Origin: Chthoniobacteraceae bacterium
GTDB taxonomy: Bacteria; Verrucomicrobiota; Verrucomicrobiia; Chthoniobacterales; Chthoniobacteraceae
NCBI GenBank assembly: GCA_031409335.1
Contig: JANNWY010000193.1
Location: 46,408 to 110,407 of the forward strand
Direction: 5' to 3'
Length of the DNA: 64,000 nt
Part shown: positions 58,330 to 64,000 of the stretch, piece by piece
Position numbering within the stretch: the first letter of the stretch is position 1
Layout: each line of letters opens with the position of its first letter
Translations under genes and position numbers: made by a program
Notes under the pieces: model-generated
Database searches by the model: none
What the model saw: only the letters and a program-made list of their open reading frames with translations
Told to the model about the DNA's origin: nothing

Positions 58330-60234
58330 TTAACGGGCGGCCTCGCGTTTGCGGCGCGACATGGCGAGCACGACGCCGCCGATCGCGACGACCACGGGCA
58401 TCCCCGCGATGTTTGCCCATTTGATGCGGTTTTCGAGGGAGTCGATGTCGGCGCGCAGTTTCTTGCGCTCCGTTTTGAGCTGCTGTTTCACGTCGGTTTC
58501 CTTCTTGCGGAAAGTCGTGATCGCGGCCTGCTGCTCGGGAGAGAGGATGAAACGCTGACCGGCTTCGGGCGCTTTCGATCGCGCGAGTTCGTTCAAGTTT
58601 TTCTGCGCGTCGGCGAGGCTCGTTTCGAGGTCCTTGATCGTCGTGCGGTAGTTCGCCTCGGCTTTGGCCTGCATCTCTTTTACGACCGTGAAGGGCCGCT
58701 CCCGCGAAGCCCGGCTGCGGACGGTGATGAGATTGCTGTCGCCCGTGAGCTGCTCGACCGCGCCCTGCGCGAAAGCGAGGTTGCCATTCTGCGGCATCAC
58801 CATGCGCTGTCCGCCAAACGGGTTCATCGCTTCCGTCACCGCGACCTGATCCTGAATCATGTCCGTGTCGCCAATCAGGATCACGGCGCCGTCCTGCGCG
58901 GATTCCTTCAAACTTGCATCGGTCTTTTCCTCGGGCTTCGGCACCTCGGGCTGGCCGTCGGCGGGTTTGGCGTCGGGAGCCTTTGGTTTTCCTTCGGGAA
59001 ACGCCGTCTTAAATTTACCCGCAAGCCGCACGGCGAGGGGATACTCGGTGCCCGACGCGGCGAAGGATTTGGAGATTTGATCGCCACCCATTTGCGCTGT
59101 CATCGGATCGACGAGCTGCGAATTCGTGGAGGAATGGATCAGCACAGTTTGCGTGAGCCCCGCTGCCGGAGTGCCGGCAAAGGCGCCCGCGAAAACCATC
59201 AGCAGGCTGTCCGTATCGCCAGTGAGCACATCGTCCTTGCTCACCGCTTTCTCCGTGAGCTGAAGGACGGCGGGCGCGGGCCCCTGCCGGGTGCGACCGA
59301 CGAAATTGAGATCGGCGACGACCTTCGTCGAATCGAAAGTGAGTCCCCAAGCCTTGAGCAGTTTGTCGAGCGAGGAACTGCTCGGCGGCGCACCCATCCC
59401 ACCCATTTGCGATTGCCGGTCCAGCACACTCAGCGGATCGAGAAACGCGATCAGCTTTCCACCGCGCAGGACGAATTGATCGATCGCGAACTGCGCCGCA
59501 TCGGAGAGCATCTTCGGGTGAATGAGCAACAGCACCTTCACATCGTCCGGGATCGCGTCCACCGTCATCTCCACGGTCTTCACCGTAAAGTCGCGCTGCA
59601 TCTCCGACATCAGCACCCACGGCTGCTGTCCCTGCTGGCCCATGCGCATCATCATCGGATTCATCTGGCTCCCGCTCACGGGCAGCGAGCTCATCACGCC
59701 GACCACCGGCTTCGCGGGCGTCGCGACGCGCGAGACGGCACGCGCGATGTCATATTCCAGCAGGCGCTCGCGGTTCGGCGCGAGGAAGGGGATCGCTTCT
59801 TTTTGATCCAGCATGCTCACGCTGACGCCGAGGTAAATCTGCTCGCCGGTCTGCATCATCTGACCTTCGATGCCATCCAGCTTCGCGGAATCTTCCGCAT
59901 CGGAATCCGGCTGCGGATCGAGTTTTTGAACGCTGATCTGGCCTTTGGAAGCCTGGCGGAATTCGCCGAGCAAATCTTCCACGCGTTGTGCGTACGTCTT
60001 CAACATCACCGGCATGTCGTTCTCGCCGCGCGAGGCGTAAAAGCGGATTTGCACGGGCGTATCGAGCTTGGTCAAAATCGCCTTCGTGCCCGGCGACAGC
60101 GTGTAGGCGCGCTCCGCGGTGAGGTCGATGCGCTGCTTGCCACGCGCGGCGATGATGTTGATGGCGACGACGATGGCGAGCATCACGGCGATGCCGATCG
60201 TCGAATAGAGATAGGTTTCGAGGCCTCTTTTCAT
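58330..60234 (-). CDS. GldG-like ABC-type auxiliary component
   Basis: RIDLTAERAYTLSPGT, LEYDIARA and IDQFVLRGG; TMs at both ends. Confidence 0.88.
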   Translation of the reverse strand: MKRGLETYLYSTIGIAVMLAIVVAINIIAARGKQRIDLTAERAYTLSPGTKAILTKLDTPVQIRFYASRGENDMPVMLKTYAQRVEDLLGEFRQASKGQISVQKLDPQPDSDAEDSAKLDGIEGQMMQTGEQIYLGVSVSMLDQKEAIPFLAPNRERLLEYDIARAVSRVATPAKPVVGVMSSLPVSGSQMNPMMMRMGQQGQQPWVLMSEMQRDFTVKTVEMTVDAIPDDVKVLLLIHPKMLSDAAQFAIDQFVLRGGKLIAFLDPLSVLDRQSQMGGMGAPPSSSSLDKLLKAWGLTFDSTKVVADLNFVGRTRQGPAPAVLQLTEKAVSKDDVLTGDTDSLLMVFAGAFAGTPAAGLTQTVLIHSSTNSQLVDPMTAQMGGDQISKSFAASGTEYPLAVRLAGKFKTAFPEGKPKAPDAKPADGQPEVPKPEEKTDASLKESAQDGAVILIGDTDMIQDQVAVTEAMNPFGGQRMVMPQNGNLAFAQGAVEQLTGDSNLITVRSRASRERPFTVVKEMQAKAEANYRTTIKDLETSLADAQKNLNELARSKAPEAGQRFILSPEQQAAITTFRKKETDVKQQLKTERKKLRADIDSLENRIKWANIAGMPVVVAIGGVVLAMSRRKREAAR

Positions 60235-60266
60235 TGGGTAGTAAGGGAAGTGGGTTGCTCCTCCGC

Positions 60267-60360
60267 CTCTTGGTCTTGCTCCTGCTCCTGATCTTGATTT
60301 TCCGGCGATGGGTGGAAGATCAAGATCAAGAGCAGGATCGAGAGCAGGATTAGGATTGAG
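60267..60360. repeat. inverted hexamer tandem repeat, family E
   Basis: TCTTGCTCCTGCTCCTGATCTTGAT ... ATCAAGATCAAGAGCAGGAT. Confidence 0.75.
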
Positions 60361-60371
60361 ACATCGGAGTT

Positions 60372-61118
60372 TTAGCCCGCGCGATGGGCGCGGATGATGA
60401 CGCCGGTCGTGAACAGCGAGAACACGATGACCGACAGGAAATAGAGGATGTCGCGCGAATCGAGCACGCCCTTTTGGATGCTCTCGAAATGCGTCATCAC
60501 GCTGAACGCGGCGACGCCATCGACGAGCCACGGCTTGGCCCACTGCACGAGCAAGTCCGTGACGGGCGGCCATCCGCAGAGGATGAGGAACAGCGAGAGC
60601 ACCACCGCGAGGATGAAGCTGACGACTTGATTGCGCGTCATCGCGGAAGTCATCGCGCTGATCGACAGGTAAGCCCCGGCCATCAGCAAACTCCCGATGT
60701 AGCCTGCGAGCACCACGCCGTTGTCGGGGCTGCCGAGATAATTCACGGTCCACACGACCGGGAAAGTCAGCGCCAGCGCCAGCGCGATCACGGCCCACGA
60801 GGCGAGGAATTTTCCGACGATCGCCTGCCACGTCGTCACCGGCATCGTCAGCAGCAGCTCGATCGTGCCGAGGCGCCGCTCTTCCGACCACATGCGCATC
60901 CCGACGGCAGGCACAAGGAACAGATACAACCACGGATGCCATGTAAAAAAGGGCATGAGATTCGCCTCACCGCGCTGGAAAAAGCCGGCGACCATGAAGG
61001 TGAAAAATCCCGAGAGCAGCAGGAAAATCACGATGAACACGAACGCCACCGGCGAGGAGAAATACCCCGCGATCTCCCGCTTCGCGATCGTTTTGATGTT
61101 TGAGAAACTTCCGCTCAT
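60372..61118 (-). CDS. GldF-like ABC transporter permease
   Basis: KREIAGYFSSPVA, EERRLGTIELLLT and GKFLA; multiple TMs. Confidence 0.9.
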   Translation of the reverse strand: MSGSFSNIKTIAKREIAGYFSSPVAFVFIVIFLLLSGFFTFMVAGFFQRGEANLMPFFTWHPWLYLFLVPAVGMRMWSEERRLGTIELLLTMPVTTWQAIVGKFLASWAVIALALALTFPVVWTVNYLGSPDNGVVLAGYIGSLLMAGAYLSISAMTSAMTRNQVVSFILAVVLSLFLILCGWPPVTDLLVQWAKPWLVDGVAAFSVMTHFESIQKGVLDSRDILYFLSVIVFSLFTTGVIIRAHRAG

Positions 61119-62083
61119 ACGCGCTCTCCTTTCGACGCCACGTCGGTATCCGGCAGCGTGATGTTTCGGAAGACCTCATCCAGCCGCCCTTCTTCCGTGT
61201 GCAGCTCGCGGATCCGCCATTTTTCGCGCGCGGCGATTTCGCCGAGCGCCAGCGCCATATCCGCGCTGTCGCCATTTTTTCCGGGAAAAGCGCGGACGGT
61301 CAGTGGCGATTCGCTGATGACCACCGAGCGGGCGACGCCCGAAATCTGATTCACCTTCGCCGTGACGCTCGCCGCCACGCCTTCCGCCAGGCTCATCGTC
61401 ACCGCGCCCGCGTTTTCCGAGCGGCGCTTGAGTTCCTGCGGCGTCCCATTCGCGACGATCGTGCCACGGTCGATGATGATCGCCCGCGAGCACGCTGCCT
61501 CGACTTCCTCCAAAATGTGCGTCGAAAAAATGATCGCCTTCTTTTCACCCATCCGCCGGATCAGCGTCCGCACTTCATGCTTCTGATTCGGATCGAGACC
61601 GTCCGTCGGTTCATCCAAAATCAGCACCTCGGGATCGTGAATGATCGACTGCGCGAAACACGTCCGATGCCTGTAGCCTTTCGAGAGCGTTTCGATGCTC
61701 TGATGCCGCACCGGCTCCAGGAAACACATCTCGATCGCGCGATCCACGGCCCGTTTCAAATCGCCGCCGCTCAGCCCGCGCAATTCCGCGGTGAAGCCGA
61801 GAAAACCTGCGACCGACATGTCCGCATACGACGGTGCATTCTCAGGCAGATAACCGATCAGCCGCTTCGCCTCGATCGGCTTGTTCACGATGTCGAAGCC
61901 GCCGATGGAAACTTCCCCGCCGGTCGGCGGAATGAAGCCGGTAATCATCCGCATCGTCGTCGATTTTCCCGCGCCGTTTGGCCCGAGAAAACCGAGCACT
62001 TCGCCCTTTTCCACGGTGAAGGACACACCGTTGACGGCCACTTTCGAGCCGAATGTCTTTTTGAGGTTACGAACTTTGATCAT
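61115..62083 (-). CDS. GldA-like ABC transporter ATP-binding protein
   Basis: GPNGAGKST, LSKGYRHR, ILDEPTDGLDP and STH. Confidence 0.92.
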   Translation of the reverse strand: MIKVRNLKKTFGSKVAVNGVSFTVEKGEVLGFLGPNGAGKSTTMRMITGFIPPTGGEVSIGGFDIVNKPIEAKRLIGYLPENAPSYADMSVAGFLGFTAELRGLSGGDLKRAVDRAIEMCFLEPVRHQSIETLSKGYRHRTCFAQSIIHDPEVLILDEPTDGLDPNQKHEVRTLIRRMGEKKAIIFSTHILEEVEAACSRAIIIDRGTIVANGTPQELKRRSENAGAVTMSLAEGVAASVTAKVNQISGVARSVVISESPLTVRAFPGKNGDSADMALALGEIAAREKWRIRELHTEEGRLDEVFRNITLPDTDVASKGERV

Positions 62084-62262
62084 TGGAATTTGGTTGAAAA
62101 AATCGCGACGGAGCTTTTGAGGAAACAGTGCGCATCGGACAGATGTCGAAGAAATTCGTTCACGTGAATTTTCCACGATTCATGCGCATCGACCAATCCG
62201 GCGAAGCGTCACTGCATTAGAAAAAACCAGCACCCGCCGCCACCGGGCGCGCTTTTCGGAGC

Positions 62263-63222
62263 CTATAAATTCTCCACCTTCGTGATCGTCTGCTTGATCA
62301 CCTGCTTCATTGGGATCGACATTTCCTCGTCCGGTTTCTGCGGATTCTTCATCTTCAACTCCATCTTCTGCGTGAACTCGGCATCCCGGCAAAGCCCGAG
62401 CGCGGGATCGAACCACAGCGTTCCCGCCATCGTCCCCTCGGTCGCACTCAAGCCCAGCGCCTGCAAACTCGCCCCGGCCGACGGGTCGGCTGGCGCAGTC
62501 GTATCGATCGCGAGTTTCGCGGCAATCGCCAGTTCCACGCACTTCGCGCCACCGCGATCCGCCTGCCCCTTCATCGTGTATTTGCCGTCCATCGAGATTC
62601 TGCCGACGGGCGGCATCGCCACGCCGAAAACGAAAGGCCACGAATCTCCCGCCTTCACCGGTTTGCCGGGCGTCGCATACAGGGAGCTTTGACGCATCAT
62701 ATTTTTCATCGCGTCCTTGCTAAACATCGCTCCCAACGACGCAGCCATCGGATTCCCCGCGGCCATCTCCTTCATCATCGCCTCCAGATTCTCCACGTCG
62801 AGGAGCTCGTCTTTTTCATCCAGCACCAGCTTGATCTCCTTCCCGACAAAGATGCCCAGCGATTTCCCCAATCCGAGCGGGTCCGACGCGGCATCGCCTG
62901 GCTTGGCGGAATCATACTTCATCGCCTGCCCAGCCATGTTCATATCCATCGCCACCCGGTCGTACTTCATCGTCACGCGCTTGTGTTTCCCATTTTCATG
63001 CGCCTTCACGGCCAGCGTGGAATCCATCGTCATTGCCACCTTCTGCTCCATCTTCTGATCGCCAAACGTCATCGTGGACGACTGATCCATCTGCATGGTC
63101 TGAGTAAACTTTTTCCCCACCGGCCACTGCGGCTTGAGTTGCACCGTCTGTGCGGACAGCGGCGCGGCGGCGGTGAAGAGCAAAGTGGCAACGGGAATGA
63201 TGTGGCGGAGTGGTGTGTGCAT
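62263..63222 (-). CDS. secreted Met-rich beta-strand protein (DUF6263-like)
   Basis: Signal peptide; YDS, PGKPVKAGDSW and GTLWFD patterns. Confidence 0.65.
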   Translation of the reverse strand: MHTPLRHIIPVATLLFTAAAPLSAQTVQLKPQWPVGKKFTQTMQMDQSSTMTFGDQKMEQKVAMTMDSTLAVKAHENGKHKRVTMKYDRVAMDMNMAGQAMKYDSAKPGDAASDPLGLGKSLGIFVGKEIKLVLDEKDELLDVENLEAMMKEMAAGNPMAASLGAMFSKDAMKNMMRQSSLYATPGKPVKAGDSWPFVFGVAMPPVGRISMDGKYTMKGQADRGGAKCVELAIAAKLAIDTTAPADPSAGASLQALGLSATEGTMAGTLWFDPALGLCRDAEFTQKMELKMKNPQKPDEEMSIPMKQVIKQTITKVENL

Positions 63223-63344
63223 GAGGTGTGGCGGTTTTGAAGAAGGTGCTGGCTACCGGGAAGGCGGCGGGTTGTCGAGACATTGGCGGGCACAAATTTC
63301 CGATCGCGCCTGAAAGCCGGAGACCGATTCTGGCGAACCGAGAT

Positions 63345-63788
63345 TCACTCGCGAGACGAAGCATCGGCTCGATTTACTTCGCGCTCGAATCCTCGAATCT
63401 CGTCTCCTCGAGAGTCGGAGCGAGCGAGAGCGGCAGGATGGGGTTTCTCGATTTGAGCTGGCGGGTCACACGCTGCTGATAGCTCCGCATCTGACGTAGG
63501 TTGTGGGCTTCGGCAGATGTCGACGCCCGTCCGCGGCGAACGCATGAAAAACCGCTCTCCATCGAAAGATGACCGCTCGCCGTTTGCCCTTTCGTCCGAC
63601 GCGACGGTCAAACTTTTCTCGTGGCCCGCGGCGGCCTTCGCGAACGACAAAAGCTCACTTTCCATCAGGACACGGTTGCGCGGCCTTTCGGCGGAAATTG
63701 CCGACGCTGCTTCTCGCGTTGCACCCGGCTGCCGACGCTGCTGCAAACCTGCCATCGCGCCGAGAACCAGCAGCGACGCCAAAAACAT
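63345..63788 (-). CDS. hypothetical protein
   Basis: Hydrophobic N-terminus; upstream TTGACA-N17-CATTAT on the minus strand (about 63840-63868); no recognisable domain. Confidence 0.3.
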   Translation of the reverse strand: MFLASLLVLGAMAGLQQRRQPGATREAASAISAERPRNRVLMESELLSFAKAAAGHEKSLTVASDERANGERSSFDGERFFMRSPRTGVDICRSPQPTSDAELSAACDPPAQIEKPHPAALARSDSRGDEIRGFEREVNRADASSRE

Positions 63789-64000
63789 GATGGGGCCGAG
63801 CCTGAGCGCAGGTTGTTTAACACCTTCATGGCAGTTAAAATAATGTCGGCAGCCGGGTGGCGTGTCAAAGCCTCATTCGATCCCCGATCGCATCTCGACA
63901 GTTACTGATGAGACGCTTGCATAGGCTACAAAGCACGCGGTCAAGGCCGGTGCCGGAGGCACCGCGGAAAATAGCCGGTGGTGAAGCGAGTCCGCGAGCG

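Noticed and set aside
60235..60942. N-terminal extension of the 870-aa GldG-like ORF (similar extensions on cusA, the M16 peptidase and others)
   Set aside because: Overlaps the upstream gene and a repeat; the true start is the downstream ATG

Overview
GC-rich bacterial chromosome segment, probably Verrucomicrobiota (Chthoniobacter-like). This is inferred from the giant PEP-CTERM beta-strand-repeat protein, DUF1080, the Gld-like ABC operon, A-rich translation starts and the palindromic repeat families. The standout feature is an apparently complete 8,394-bp element integrated in the 3' half of tRNA-Val(GAC) and bounded by a perfect 50-bp att duplication (6537-6586 / 14931-14980). It encodes a tyrosine integrase, a divergent XRE repressor/excisionase switch, a phage-type replication initiator with internal iteron-like repeats, a fused HK97 prohead protease-major capsid protein and a Nu1/DUF1441-like small terminase preceded by a lambda cosQ-like site. 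It has no recognisable portal, large terminase or tail genes, so it looks like a capsid-encoding phage satellite. Its cargo is an ATP-dependent ligase lacking the OB domain and a PemK/MazF-like toxin with a probable antitoxin. The rest of the window holds a CusBA-type metal efflux pair, a secreted metallophosphoesterase, a decaheme/LVIVD cytochrome next to a ferredoxin, a transglutaminase-transglutaminase-DUF2126 operon, tRNA-Val(TAC), PilB and a partner, ABC transporters, a ~2,970-aa PEP-CTERM protein, housekeeping enzymes, a two-component locus with a catalytically degenerate kinase, and several families of intergenic palindromic repeats including a MITE-like element. All family assignments come from motif recognition by eye; no database search was run.
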